Under the pieces are notes generated by a model. That model was not told where the DNA came from, ran no database searches, and saw nothing but the letters and a program-made list of their open reading frames with translations. From NCBI GenBank assembly GCA_030141605.1, contig JAQGDQ010000668.1, positions 1 to 57,790 on the forward strand: a stretch of DNA of 57,790 nt, written 5' to 3'. How positions within the stretch are numbered: position 1 is the first letter of the stretch; every line of letters starts with the position of its first letter. This DNA comes from Tubiluchus corallicola (lineage: Eukaryota; Animalia; Priapulida). The translations under genes were made by a program, and so were the position numbers. This document shows positions 26,631-39,027 of this stretch, piece by piece.

Positions 26631-26851
26631 TTAAGCCACTGAAGCAGCAGATGTCTCGTTCATGAATACATACTCCCTCTACAAAATAAACAAGCGGATA
26701 GGAGTCAGACTGCTTGGAGTAGGTATAAAATCCCGGGGGTCATAAGTCACTCGTGCAAAGCATGCATACATGTCAACAGGTCTTGCAGCCCATAACTCAA
26801 TTATTCGGCATCAGTTAGTGATGCAATTATAGCGTTTTCAATGCCGTAGAA

Positions 26852-27351
26852 CAAGGGTGTGCAAATTGCAGCCCACGGGCCTCTTGTGGCCCGCCGAGCG
26901 AATTTGTGCGGCCCGCGAAGAGATTTGTCAACCTAATGAAAATGCGGCCCGAGCGATTAATTGAGTGTATCCAGGTGAAGTCCATGCCACGATCCCAAAG
27001 ATTGTGCAGGTAGTTTTTTTCTACTAGATCGGATGCCATTAACCCTTTCAAGATGGTTGTAGCTTAATGTCACTGTACTACACAGACTGTGTGATACACA
27101 TTACTAATATGCATTGTAATGAAATTACCACTATCTGTCCTGAAAGTAGAAATATATGGTTTGTAATATAAATTTTAATAACTTCTAAAATAGTTTCTTG
27201 AGTGCAGTAGTAATGATGTACACATATCGGATGAAAAAAAATTGTTATTAGGCCTTTCTGTACTTGGTTCCTTGGCAAACTGCCTGTGGCTCGCAGGAAT
27301 TGCGGGAAAGTTTAATGTGGCCCGGCTAGTCAGATAATTTGCACACCCCTG
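26852..27351. mobile_element. hAT (Charlie-like) MITE, copy 2, inverted
   Basis: reverse complement of 8905-9403; flanks ccgtagaa / ccttagaa. Confidence 0.9.
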
Positions 27352-27429
27352 CCTTAGAATACACGTAGTTCAAAATTTTGTTGAAAAATGAAGTAAGAAA
27401 AGGGTTTACTTATTTTTCTCGTGTCGTGA

Positions 27430-27648
<219 letters not shown>

Positions 27649-27789
27649 TGTTTGTCACTTCTGTAGATTTGCCCTGACGTAAACCTGAGTTTTTAACAAA
27701 AATTCAATTTTCTGCTGTTTCCATCGATTTGGTGTTGATTTTGTGAGTAATTGTTAAGACCAAACAATCAGTATATTGTTGTAACATAC

Positions 27790-27892
27790 ACCCCCATTAA
27801 ACCGGACCCCGTTAGCCCGTATATCGGATAAATCGGACAATCGGCTAAACCGGACCCCCCCCCAATTAGTCCGGTTTAACGAGGGTTGACTG
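27790..27892. mobile_element. short Tc1/pogo-like MITE remnant in RWDD4 3' region
   Basis: ttaaaccggac / gtccggtttaa inverted motifs ending in gttgactg|TA. Confidence 0.5.
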
Positions 27893-28978
27893 TACTTAGA
27901 AAAACGTGGACATTTGGTTTGCAGGATTTATATGTAATAGGACAATTACTATATTTTGTCTTACATAATGCATTTATTGTATTACTAAGAAGTCAGTAAA
28001 CAAAGGTGTTTTGGGAGTGAATAATCATCTATATGATAAGAAGATAGCTTTATGTCCCTTAGTTCTTGCACGAAATTGGCTGCAGTAAAGGTTGGTACTA
28101 AATCATTCTCCTTTGGGTTGGTGAACATGTTTGTAAAAGCAGCCCATGCTGTGTTCTCTTTTCCTATTGCAGAATGCCAGAATTCTTTGTGCATTGTGTT
28201 TGAGTAAAATTTTGAATATACCGGTGAGTGGGTTCTGAAAATGGTGCTATATTTACCCGCCTTCCGATCCTGTTAAATTGACTTGAATAATTTTGCAAGA
28301 AAGTAGGCAAAAGTACTTTTCACTCCAGTACGGTTGCCCTGTAATACTGAAAATGGAGCATAAGTGAGATATCGCTTGAATCTCAGTTTTTGTTTGCTGT
28401 ATAAGCACTAAATAATTTAGAATAATTATGATCTGTGCTTGCGTGTAGTCTGGAAGTTATCCATCTGTACCATTAACGTGTTCTAGCAATACGGACGTTG
28501 TAGTTTCATGTACAGAGAGGTTCACGGATGTGTTGGTTGCATGTCAAACCTCAAGGTTAAACCATTTCGCATTTGGCGGTTGCCCTTAATGATAGTGATA
28601 AAGATTTTGTACCGTCATTTAACTCGTCATATCGTTAAACTATGATAATGTGCCACAGGAAAAATGTAAATTTTATTTATTCTAGACAGAAGCCCACTAA
28701 GAAAATGAGAAAAAATTGGGAATTTTACTTATTTATTACAAGTAAATTGTTGTTGTAATGATAGTTGATATATTGTCTTGTATTTGAATTTTATAATGGG
28801 AATGAAATTGCTATTATATTTTTTCTAATTCCTCCATTTAAAGTAGATTTTCAGTAGTTGTATAATATGTAGTGAAGTTATTGTATCAATACTGAAATTA
28901 CAAATAATGTAAGAACATTAACAAATTGAATAAAAATAAAGTGACATAATACCTTAGTATTGACTTGATTTTGATCTA

Positions 28979-29157
28979 CAGTCAAACATCTTTATACCAC
29001 ACACTTTGGGACTCCAGAAAAAGTTGGCGTTGAGCGAGTTAGGCATTATAATGAGGTGCATTAATACATTCACTTCTTATGCAAATATAGTCCTTTTGTT
29101 TTGCTAAAAATTTGGGCATTAAGCAAAGTTGGCATTATGGGGGGGGGGGGATAACCG
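28979..29157. mobile_element. degenerate TA-flanked MITE
   Basis: starts TA|cagtcaaac and ends ataaccg|TA, with repeated ggcattat subterminal motifs. Confidence 0.4.
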
Positions 29158-30260
29158 TACTGCTCATGTGGTGGCTGGTAAAATAATAAAGTGCATTTGT
29201 TTATGGTGAGTGACCAACGCACTTAAATGACTGGTTAATCGTAAAATGTTTATTATTATTACTATGACTGAAAATAAACATTCAAACAAAGCTTATATGA
29301 ATGCATTATTTAACAAGTATGTATTGTATTGCCAATGTACATTATATGTATTTGAACAATAAATTGAAATTTGGTTATGGCAGGCCTGGATTGTACATCA
29401 TTGTCAAGAATATCTAAGGTGATACCGTGAATTAATTGACAAACGTGTGTTGGCCATATTTGGTGTGTGTATAGTATGTCCTTTACCTGTAACCCTGTAA
29501 CCACAGTTATCGAGTAGAATGGCGCAACACTTTTTTTTGATGGCCACTTACCTGCCACTGAATTGCTGCCATATCTTAGGTCATTAAAATTCATAATGTC
29601 GTAGGCTTGTCTGTGCTAAATACTATGTTTGACCAGGTACATTGTGTAGGGAGAAAGGTTTGATGAAACTACACAGATAAAAAGTATGTTCTTTCCTGTA
29701 CGGAGGCTTAGTCACAGTTTTTTTTGGTCGTGGCAACTGGCCTTCCCACGTTTCTTTGACAGACTGACACTGAATCGCGGGTTTCCCATATTGTGATGCT
29801 GTGCAACTTGTAATTTGCAAAAAGCAAAACTGTGCTTTGAAATGCACAGGTGATTTATCAACTTTTCTTCTTTGGTACGATATTAATGAATCTTGGGCTA
29901 GTGATGTAAATTGACAGTTGAGATTTGATTGCATGACAGGTAACTCAACTTTGCTGTACGATATTCAGCTGGTTCTAGCATGATTTGATTGCATGACAGG
30001 TAGCTCAACTTTGCTGTTACGTATTTGATAGATTTGTAACATTTTCTTTTACAATTTTTCGCTATCATTTTATCGTAGAAGCTTTACATTCGCAGTCTGT
30101 GAGTAGTAAACAGTTCTGATGCAAACAACAATACTGAAAGTTTGTAACTTTATTTAACTCTAATTTTCTGCTGTTACTAATCACATGGTATTTTTTGCCA
30201 AAATAAGACTGTCTTCAGTGATGTGTAGGCAAATTTTTTCTAGCAAGCATAACAGCTTAA

Positions 30261-30797
30261 AGGAAAACTGGACGATTGTTTAGACTGAGTCTCATTTTAA
30301 TTTACTGTTCAAAATATACATTTTCTTGCCTATAAAGGTTAGTAATTGTTTTTTATATTTGAATAATTAGCTTAGAAAGTTAATTAACGGTAACCGAAAA
30401 CAGCTATTGTTTACGTCAGAAACTAACTACAGTTTGTGCAATGGCAGGTGTCTCCCCTTGCGCGTCAAGCACATTTGCATAGGTGTTACAGTACTGCTTA
30501 AATGCATGATGTCACGAAAAATGGGCTTTACATCATATGACGTCAGAAACTAACACTGCAGTTCATAATCATGGTTATCACCGTGCCGCCTTTTATTTGT
30601 TGGCCACGCGAATGTGACAAAAAGGATCCGTTGGCAATCTTAATAGATTCACTGAGCCGCACGTAACTTTGAAAGTTTAACAAAATTTGAGTATCCGAGG
30701 TAATTATTATTTAATCTAAGCTTTGATTTAAAAAAAAGCTATTGTAGTTTTCAATATTTTAGAGCATTCTTTATTCTGAACTAATGTTTACACAATC
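30261..30797. mobile_element. TTAA-target MITE, copy 2, inverted, one end truncated
   Basis: TTAA|aggaaaactggacgattgt; body is reverse complement of 26124-26630. Confidence 0.82.
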
Positions 30798-31638
30798 ACA
30801 GTCCACACAGTTTCATAGCATGTTCTAATCACCAGGTGTGAACCAACCTATAACAGTCTAATATTCTTCAAGTTCTACAAAGTCATTACTCCCTTCCATA
30901 CTGTCTGCTACAAAAGTTTTCTGCATAATGAGGCAACAGAAACTGAAATCAACTTCAGGGAAATATTAATTGTGATAAAAAATAAGAACATTCCCATTAG
31001 CATTAGCAAGGATTAATTAATTTATCATTGACTCCTGTAAGTGACCTGAAAACTCAATAATTCAAACGGTTTTCACTAACTGTGTCATAAAATTGTAGCT
31101 GATATTGATTTTCTCACATTTTGCACAAATTAAGTGTTAAGTTAAACTATGTAGTAAATGAAAATATAACTATTGAAATATGATGATCACTTTTGAACTA
31201 AAATGAAATCCATTCACGTTTTCCTTCAAAATTTTTGCACTGAATTTCATGTGGAATTAAATCTTAATAATAAAACTACTTTACGTAAATATTGTTTGTT
31301 TTTGCTGTGAATAACTTGGGTACTTGGATGTGAATTTAAGCTTGATGCTTGTACTGCACAACATATCCACATGATCAATGTCGAATAAGACTAGCATCTT
31401 TTACTCCGGTTTCAGTTTAAACGGAGATCTTGATGCCGTTTTCTTAGTTATGGTGGTGTTGCCATAATTTCTGAAAATTAATAATGTTTTTTTTTGTTCT
31501 TTTTTGTAGGTCTCTCATGCTTCTTCTTTTTCTTTCTTTCTGCTGTTGACGTGTGCACAAACAATTACAGTTCTGTAAGCTTCAGCAGGCAAGTACAACT
31601 GGCTATTTTGCTTTTCTTAATGATACAAACTTCAAGAT

Positions 31639-31938
31639 AAGATCATGAAAGATGAATTCCATCCAGGTAATAAATATTTTGAAATGCTCCGCTCTGGTCG
31701 TAGATTCCGCTCAATTAATGCTAAAACCACAAGAACTTTAAATTCTTTCTATCCCGTTGCAATTCGCACCATCAATAGTAAATTTCAGTGAATCTCCAAT
31801 ATTAATTCTCTATGTCACTGTACAACTGATTGAATTATTTGTGTCAATCTCCTTGTTGTTTCCATAAGTTATTGCAGTACGTAAAACCACGTAAATTTCA
31901 TTGTATTTATTATGCTATAATGACAATAAATTGCTAAC

Positions 31939-31990
<52 letters not shown>

Positions 31991-32016
31991 GACTTACTGA
32001 CGGACTGACTGACTTA
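31639..32016 (+). mobile_element. 5'-truncated Rex-Babar-like LINE 3' end
   Basis: KIMKDEFHPGNKYFEMLRSGRRFRSINAKTTRTLNSFYPVAIRTIN-..stop 31791 (cf. D..HP...F.LLPSGRR.RS....T.R..NSF.P.AIR.LN), then AATAAA and (TTAC)n/(TGAC)n tail. Confidence 0.8.
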
Positions 32017-32457
32017 ATATAAATTTTTGTCTCTTAGTGCTGGTTTGTAAAACTTCTGTTAAGGATAAAATAAAATTGCTGCAAATCTTGTTCAACAGCT
32101 TAATATTAGCTAGAAGTGTGAGAAAAAGTCTAAAACTACAAACAAAACCATTGTAAAAAGTAAGGTTACTTAACTTTTGAATACTTAGTTTTTAGTTTCT
32201 ATTTTATTCTGACATTAAACACATTACCAAGCAACGCGTTACAACATAGAATACATGTATATAAGCCAAAAAAGGTAAATGTTTAAAGACATCAGAGCAA
32301 ACTGTCAGTTGTTCAAACGTTTTAACGATAAGTGTTTTAACCTTGCTGAATTCTTGTGTTTTAGGGTATCTTTTCACTTAACTAATATCTTCCATTTTTC
32401 TATGGGAGGTTTGCATAGCCGTGGAACTTGCATTGCTTCAAAAACGGCAAAGGTTAG

Positions 32458-32828
32458 TGTTATGGAGATCGCTGGCATCTATTAGAACTACATAGAACAT
32501 TGTAGAATGTTCCGTTAGAATAATCGTCTTACCTTGTAGAATGTTCTAGAAAGAAACATCTAGAATGTTCCCTGGCACCCTATATAAGGCGAAGCAGGCC
32601 GCTGACAGACGCACGCAGATTTCGCACGGACGTACACTTACCCATTCTCCTGTATACTTGTATTTTCAGATACACTTAAACGTTTTCCAGATTTTCACAT
32701 TTAGTGTAAACATTTCGCGTTCCTTCATACTTTTGTGTTGTAGAATTCTCGCTTAATAAACTAGTTTAATTTGACGAAGTGTTTTCTAGTTTTCTCTACG
32801 AGCCTTCCGAGAGAAACAAAACACAACA
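32458..32828 (+). mobile_element. solo LTR (family L1, copy 2)
   Basis: TGTT...AACA termini, 5-bp TSD gttag, highly similar to 13775-14143. Confidence 0.88.
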
Positions 32829-33846
32829 GTTAGTTATAACAAAGAAGCAAAAATTTCGTCTAATGACTCTAGTTACATTTATCAGTCATCATCAAATGCC
32901 TTTTACATTTGTTACATTGAGTGGGTGCCATTCTAAAATAGAAAACTAATCTCGTTAATTTGCGCGCAATACAGGTACATGTCAGGTAGTTCAACAAACA
33001 CCAAACATTCTATGCCTGTGGCTAATCAGAATTTAACTTAAAGCAAAAGTCAAGTCTCGGGAAGTTCAGCTTATTCTGATATTTCAGAAAAACGTTACAA
33101 AGTTTCAGCAATAAAATTGTGATAATCGCGTCGTGTAATTATTAAAATAAATTTAAAATTACCGTCACTTTACGCCGCCGACGCTTGGGGGCACTCATTT
33201 TAAACGAAAAATGGCGTCGTCCGATTTCCGTGCAAATAAACATTTATTCTGCCAGGTGCTTCAGTAATCTTTTTTGACTTATCGAGAGAAGAACTGTATA
33301 AACTAAGTAACCCACCCGATGCCTACTGTATGATCGCAAGTTTACATGTGTATCTGAAAGTCAACAAATGTCTGTAAATTAATTACACTTACATAATTAA
33401 TGTACACTTCTTATGGTGTAATACTGTGGATTAAAGCTGTGTAACCACTTTAAACTTGGTCATAATTGATCAAATGACTAATTTTTACATAAGCACAGTT
33501 ACGTACAATGCTACTATAATGGAGCTTCTGTGTGAACTGTAGAAATTTTGCAATGCATTCATCACAGCTTGCCTTCATAGCATTTACGCCGTACACCATG
33601 CAACATCTTATGTCATTCTTTTCATTTATGCCTACAGGGACGTTCGTTTGGCGGGCGATAAAAAATTTTTAAATTTCTTGTACGTTTTTAAGCAAAGCAA
33701 TATATGTGCATATATCGTGTGGTGATTTCAAAAGTTTTAATTGTATATTGGAATGTTATAAATGTTGTTCGAGGGTTGATTCTTCCTTTGGTTCACTGCC
33801 TTTCGCCAAAACGTTATTTTATCTTGGGATATTTATTAATGTACAT

Positions 33847-34012
33847 TGTGAAAGTCATGTTTGAGGTTGTAGATAAATCACTTTTTAGAAAAAGAATAAA
33901 CAACTATACTACATATTTGCACAAAACTGAAAAGCGTTTATTAGACTACTAAATGTAAACGGATTAGTTCATAGATGGCAGCACCTAAAAATATACAGTT
34001 ACAATTTCCACA
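33847..34012 (-). mobile_element. internally deleted solo LTR (family L2, 166 bp)
   Basis: same termini as 21307-21699, own 5-bp TSD tacat. Confidence 0.82.
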
Positions 34013-34093
34013 TACATGTTTTGACATGCAGAATCTGTTGACTGTATTACTGGAGATTTTTGAGTCAAATGTTTTTCATTGTAACCTTTGCAG

Positions 34094-34281
34094 ACTATTC
34101 AGGCTACCATGAAGTTGCATAAAAACTGCCGAGGCGGTACGTATCCCGGCAGTGAAGTTTTACGTTTTCCTGTACCAGATGACAAGGTTTCCTGGCAGAC
34201 ATCTTATCCAGACTATAATCCTGAAGACTATACTGCTCAAAGTGTTTTGTCTCAGCCGCCTTGGGCTGACACAGACGTAGA
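34094..34281 (+). CDS. NUDT9: ADP-ribose pyrophosphatase NUDT9, first confident exon (in-frame ATG at 34109)
   Basis: ttgcag|TIQATMKLHKNCRGGTYPGSEVLRFPVPDDKVSWQTSYPDYNPEDYTAQSVLSQPPWADTDV|gtgagt. Confidence 0.9.
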
Positions 34282-34314
34282 GTGAGTAAACTGATTATTA
34301 ACGCCATTTAGGCC

Positions 34315-34460
34315 AGACGGTTTAGTCTAGTGGTAATGCGTCTGCTTTCCGTCTGGAAGGTCGTGAGTTCGAACCAGCGGCCGGGTCATACGAAAGACTT
34401 TAAAAACCTGCTTTGCCTTGCCTGATGCGTGGTATTTAGGGTAAAAGTGGGGTAATAATA
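34315..34460 (+). mobile_element. tRNA-derived SINE (head plus conserved core; 3' boundary uncertain)
   Basis: A box tagtctagtgg (34323-34333), B box gagttcgaacc (34365-34375), then ccgggtcatacgaaagactttaaaaa resembling the Meta/MESC SINE core as I recall it. Confidence 0.7.
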
Positions 34461-34557
34461 TTCTCTGTTATGCAGTTGTAGGTTGTTATTTACAGTCGGC
34501 GATGATAGCTCTTTGAGCTAATGTTAATTGTTGACTCAAAGCCAACTTTAAATAAAG

Positions 34558-34594
34558 ATTATTATTATTATTATTATTGTTGTTGTTGTTATTA

Positions 34595-34634
<40 letters not shown>

Positions 34635-34736
34635 CATCATTATTATCATTATTATAATTATTATTATAATCATTATTATTATTATCATCATCATCATTAT
34701 TATTATCATTATTAATATTAATTATTATTATTATTA
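34558..34736. repeat. (ATT/ATC/GTT)n microsatellite
   Basis: direct inspection. Confidence 0.95.
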
Positions 34737-35037
34737 AACTGAATGACAAGATTGCTTAATGAAAGTGAAGATACTTTACATTTCAGCTACATGTAGTTAA
34801 TGTTAAGCGTTCACAGTCTAACAGAGTTCTTGCAGTGATGAATGCTATATGTGTTGCTTGCAAACCACAACCGTCCATAAGTCGACACGGTTAAAACCAC
34901 GTCATGGTATTTCAAAGTAGAATGCACCAAAAATTTGGTCATGCGCACAAATCCGCTGCTAACACTACGCACACATCCTTGTTGGCTGCTTGTGCAGCTC
35001 TCCGCCTAGTGTCGAGATACAGTATGGGCATCCCGCA

Positions 35038-35148
35038 AGCACCTGGTATTCCCAAGGGTCACCCATCTAAGTACTAACCAGGCTCTATGTTGCTTAACTT
35101 CTGTGATCAGACGAGAACCAGTGTTTTCAACGTGATATGGCCGTAGAT
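35038..35148 (-). pseudogene. 5S rRNA-derived sequence (pseudogene or SINE3 head)
   Basis: minus strand tctacggccatatcacgttgaaaacactggttctcgtctgatcacagaagttaagcaac...gttagtacttagatgggtgacccttgggaataccaggtgct matches metazoan 5S with substitutions; no closing stem or oligo-T terminator. Confidence 0.85.
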
Positions 35149-35238
35149 AAGCACACATAACCTTTGAAATTTTGTTAAACATCAGAATTGCTAGAACTCT
35201 CAAATTTCTTGTTATATTCACATTTATCGTGTTTTTAG

Positions 35239-35340
35239 GGTCAGCGGTTTTACTGCTGCCTGGAATGAACTTGATGTAGTGCATAACATAGATAGAAGAA
35301 GTCATATAAGTAAATATGAAATTGTTGAGAATAGACCAAG
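35239..35340 (+). CDS. NUDT9: NUDT9 internal exon
   Basis: ttttag|VSGFTAAWNELDVVHNIDRRSHISKYEIVENRP(R)|gtaagt; phase 2-2. Confidence 0.88.
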
Positions 35341-35383
35341 GTAAGTGTTAGTTGTTTATCAGCAATGATAAGTTTAATTTTAC

Positions 35384-35577
35384 ATAGCACTTTTACACAT
35401 TTAAGTACGTTGGTTGATAGCACTTTTACACATTTAAGTACGTTGGTTGATAGCACTTTTACACATTTAAGTACGTTGGTTGATAGCACTTTTACACATT
35501 TAAGTACGTTGGTTGATAGCACTTTTACACATTTAAGTACGTTGATTGATGGCACTTTTACACATTTAAGTACGTTT
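35384..35577. repeat. 33-bp minisatellite, ~6 copies
   Basis: unit atagcacttttacacatttaagtacgttggttg. Confidence 0.92.
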
Positions 35578-36099
35578 GTACAAGTACAGCTCTATGTTCT
35601 GATTATTCTAAGTCGTGTAACTTATGAAATATTTATAAGATTTATATTACTTAACTGCATACTGTCGTCAAAATTTAAGTTGTGGAGTTATTTAATTTTA
35701 ACAGTTTTTTTGCAATTATCAGCAAAGACTGAATGAAAATTTTTGAGAAAGATAAAGCAAAGCCATGGCAAGCAATAACATACTAGGCAACATATGGTAT
35801 AAATCTCACGTGTACTTTATCTTACATTTACCTTCGTATATAAGTGAACAGTGTTTGAGGCTTTTCCTGTTCAGTATTTCTTATTTGCATTACGTTCATT
35901 GTAGGCCCTTTCACTAGATATTGTACATGAAACTATTGTAAATGTGTAAGGTGAAATAAATGACTTATGACTTATAACAATATGACTGAGAGTGGTTAAA
36001 ACATATAGCAGTACTTGTGCAAAAGTACTTAAATAGATAATTGTCATTTATTTACTGCCACATTCTGTGTAAAATATCAGAATTTTTTCTTCTTTTCAG

Positions 36100-36186
36100 G
36101 AATTTAATAGGTCGCACTGGGATGAGAGGAAGAGGCTGTCTGGGCAGGTGGGGTCCTAATCATGCTGCTGATCCAATTGTGACAAG
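36100..36186 (+). CDS. NUDT9: NUDT9 internal exon
   Basis: tttcag|[28 protein letters not shown](R)|gtaatg; NUDT9/TRPM2-NUDT9H signature. Confidence 0.93.
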
Positions 36187-36905
36187 GTAATGAATGTGTT
36201 AGTTAAATTTTTGCTATTAAAAGGTGATATGACAGGTTACCGGCTGAAAAGTAGGCCCTTTCACTATGTAGTGTACGTGAAACTATTGTAAATGTGTAAT
36301 GTGAAATAAATAACTTATGACTTAAAAGTGCACAACACTGATCACATTTTCATGCCTAGCACTAGCAGATTAACTATTATAAGAATTTCATTTTTCTGAA
36401 CTTGTATTTACATTTTTACTTTCTAAGTGTAACACTCCTGTGTTGAGTGACCATATGTTGTTTGATGTGATATCTGTAAAGGAATGATACTAACAGCTCT
36501 ATTGTGAATGTTTGTCACTTTGTTTACATCACGTACATCAGTGTAACCACGTGTACATCTCTATGTATAAAAATATAGAATCAATTGTGCGGAGTTATTT
36601 GAGTCAATTGCAGACAGTTTTTATATACTTTTGTATAGGAGCGGCCAGTACTTAGGTGTTTTTGAGACAATTAGGTATCATGTATCCTTGATAGTTGGGT
36701 ATTTTAAATTGTGCATGAAACAAGGTAACTGATATTTTAAGTCCACTTAGAGGCTCTCTGTGGTTACAAAATTGCAATTTGTTGCTGCCTACGGCCTGTT
36801 TCAGAGTTTTTTGCAATTTGTCATTCTCATCCCTGGATTTATCGTTCCAAAAAATAAAAAAAAATGTTGCTTACATCATTTAACTACATTTTTATTTCTT
36901 CTCAG

Positions 36906-37017
36906 ATGGCAAAGAGACAATCTGGGGGCGATTATGAATAATGTAACAAGCGGAAAACCAATTTTGCAGTTCATTGCAATTCAACGCCGTGACAATAAGC
37001 AATGGGCAATACCCGGG
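36906..37017 (+). CDS. NUDT9: NUDT9 internal exon
   Basis: tctcag|WQRDNLGAIMNNVTSGKPILQFIAIQRRDNKQWAIPG|gtatgt. Confidence 0.92.
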
Positions 37018-37107
37018 GTATGTATGTAACTATTGCTTGGGCAATACCCGGGGTATGTATGTAACTATTGCTTGGGCAATACCCGGGGTATGTATGTAAC
37101 TATTGCT
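37003..37107 (+). repeat. 35-bp triplication spanning a NUDT9 splice donor
   Basis: tgggcaatacccggggtatgtatgtaactattgct at 37003, 37038, 37073. Confidence 0.95.
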
Positions 37108-37593
37108 TGCTGTTTTCCATTCTAAGCTGCACAACAAGCACTTCATTCATGTCAGTATTTGACTAACTCTGATACTGTCTTTTACTAAGCCTTGAGTGAG
37201 AATCTATCTAAAATATAGTCCCGTTTGTGTCATGAAAATTTACAGGTAACTTTGTTATATTTAATGCATACTTTCCTCTCATTGGTTACTTTAAAAATGC
37301 TTAAACACGGGTGATTCGTACAGGTCGTGGAGAAGTGAATTTCTCGTTCTATATATGCAGAATTGCCTGTGCAAAAATAAGTTAAATGACTCGCTATACA
37401 CTTTTATACCTGCTACCTAAATTAGATGGCAGCACTGTAGGTACTGAGCTTGGCTATGGTTTGGGCAGCTCTGATGGCATAGCGGAGTCCAGTTTTTTGC
37501 TGGATTAACTGCTGTGTTTACCAGTCTTAAGGGCAGATTTCTTTTATTTTAGAGTTCTGTCCGCCCAATGTCTACAATAGACGTAATGGGCAT

Positions 37594-37631
<38 letters not shown>

Positions 37632-37656
37632 ATTGTTAAATGTCATTTGTGCCTAG

Positions 37657-37805
37657 GCAGCTCACGACACGCAGCTCGTCAGTCACGACAGGCAGCTCGT
37701 CAGTCACGACAGGCTGTTTATCAGTCACGACAGGCTGCTTATCAGTCACGACAGGCTGTTTATCAGTCACGACAGGCTGCTCGTCAGTCACGACAGGTTG
37801 CTCGT
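37657..37805. repeat. 21-bp minisatellite, ~7 copies, preceded by (GAT)n at ~37595-37632
   Basis: unit gtcacgacaggctgctcgtca. Confidence 0.9.
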
Positions 37806-37833
37806 TAATAATTTTGTTTTTATCATTGCACAG

Positions 37834-37977
37834 GGAATGATAAACCCCGGTGAGCTAGTCACAGCAACACTAAAGAGAGAATTTGGAGAAGAGGCACTCA
37901 ATAGCCTAACAGCCACTGCAGAGGAAAAGAGCCGACTCGAGGAAGGGCTGTCAGAGCTGTTCAAAAAAGGCCACGAG
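37834..37977 (+). CDS. NUDT9: NUDT9 exon with Nudix box; last NUDT9 exon found
   Basis: gcacag|[25 protein letters not shown]...LFKKGHE|gtcatt; REFGEE Nudix variant typical of NUDT9. Confidence 0.9.
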
Positions 37978-38297
37978 GTCATTTATCATAATTAACCAAT
38001 GAATAAGTAGAAAAATTCTTGCTTCTGTATTTCATACATACTTCTATTATAGTATCTATTACTATTAGCGAGTATAATTGGGCAGCCAAAATCTCAATCA
38101 GTTTGATTAAGAATATAATTGCAATAGTCGATCTGTATCTCATAATAACTAGTAAAACGAAGTAGCTTTTTTATATATATGTTTGATAGCAATCTGTAGT
38201 TCTACCTGTATATAATTTTCTTTTTGTACTTGCTAACGTATGTAATATTAATTGCATATTTGCACAATAAATTGAATTTGATGAATATTTTCATATA

Positions 38298-38742
38298 CAG
38301 TAATCTCTGCATAACTCAAAAAAACTTTAATGATGACCGTTTTCCAGCGTAGAAACCCCCCCCCAGACGGCGAGCTAAATAGAAGGCAGAATTAACCCCT
38401 TCTATACATAAACGATGAGATTTGATGACAGTTACATAAAAAATAAGAAATTATGTAGTGAAAAACGATTTTTTATGTTACAAAAGGACACGTACAGAAC
38501 AATGTTAAACGATTTCTCTAGAGTATGAATTGCATTTTTGAGTTAGTGAAGTAAATTACATGTATTTTGATCAAATGGACCATAATTTTTTCTTTGAGTT
38601 AGACGAAATTTTGAGTTATATATATTGAGTTAAGCGATGTATTTGTGGGAAAATAAATGATTTCATCCCTTCTGTCGAATTTCTTTTTTTGACTTAGTCA
38701 AGAATTTGAGTTATGCGATTTTGAGTTACTTGGAGTTTACTG
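38298..38742. mobile_element. pogo/Tigger-type MITE (family B, copy 2)
   Basis: TA|cagtaatctctgcataactc ... gagttacttggagtttactg|TA; colinear with 14185-14891. Confidence 0.8.
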
Positions 38743-39027
38743 TATCAGGAATTTCATCATTGAGCACGTTTTACCTTTATTCCTACTTTTAGTTGTAATG
38801 AAGGATAGTTAAGTTAAACTATAATACAGTAAGTACATTTGGAAAGTGAGAATGTGTAGACGTCACTTATATCTAGCCTAATTTTCTTAGGATTCAGTTA
38901 GGCTTACGTCAAAGTAAATGTTCATTAAATACAGTTGATTACTAATAAAACACCTGCGGTAATCCACAGACAAGTCTTGATAAATAATTTATTTATTGAT
39001 GGGTTTAAATTAATTGATTTTATATTA

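Noticed and set aside
34315-34390. Functional tRNA gene
   Set aside because: A and B boxes present but acceptor and anticodon stems pair poorly and the sequence continues into a SINE-like core with no terminator.
35038-35148. Functional 5S rRNA gene
   Set aside because: Multiple substitutions, missing 3' end and terminator, single intronic copy.
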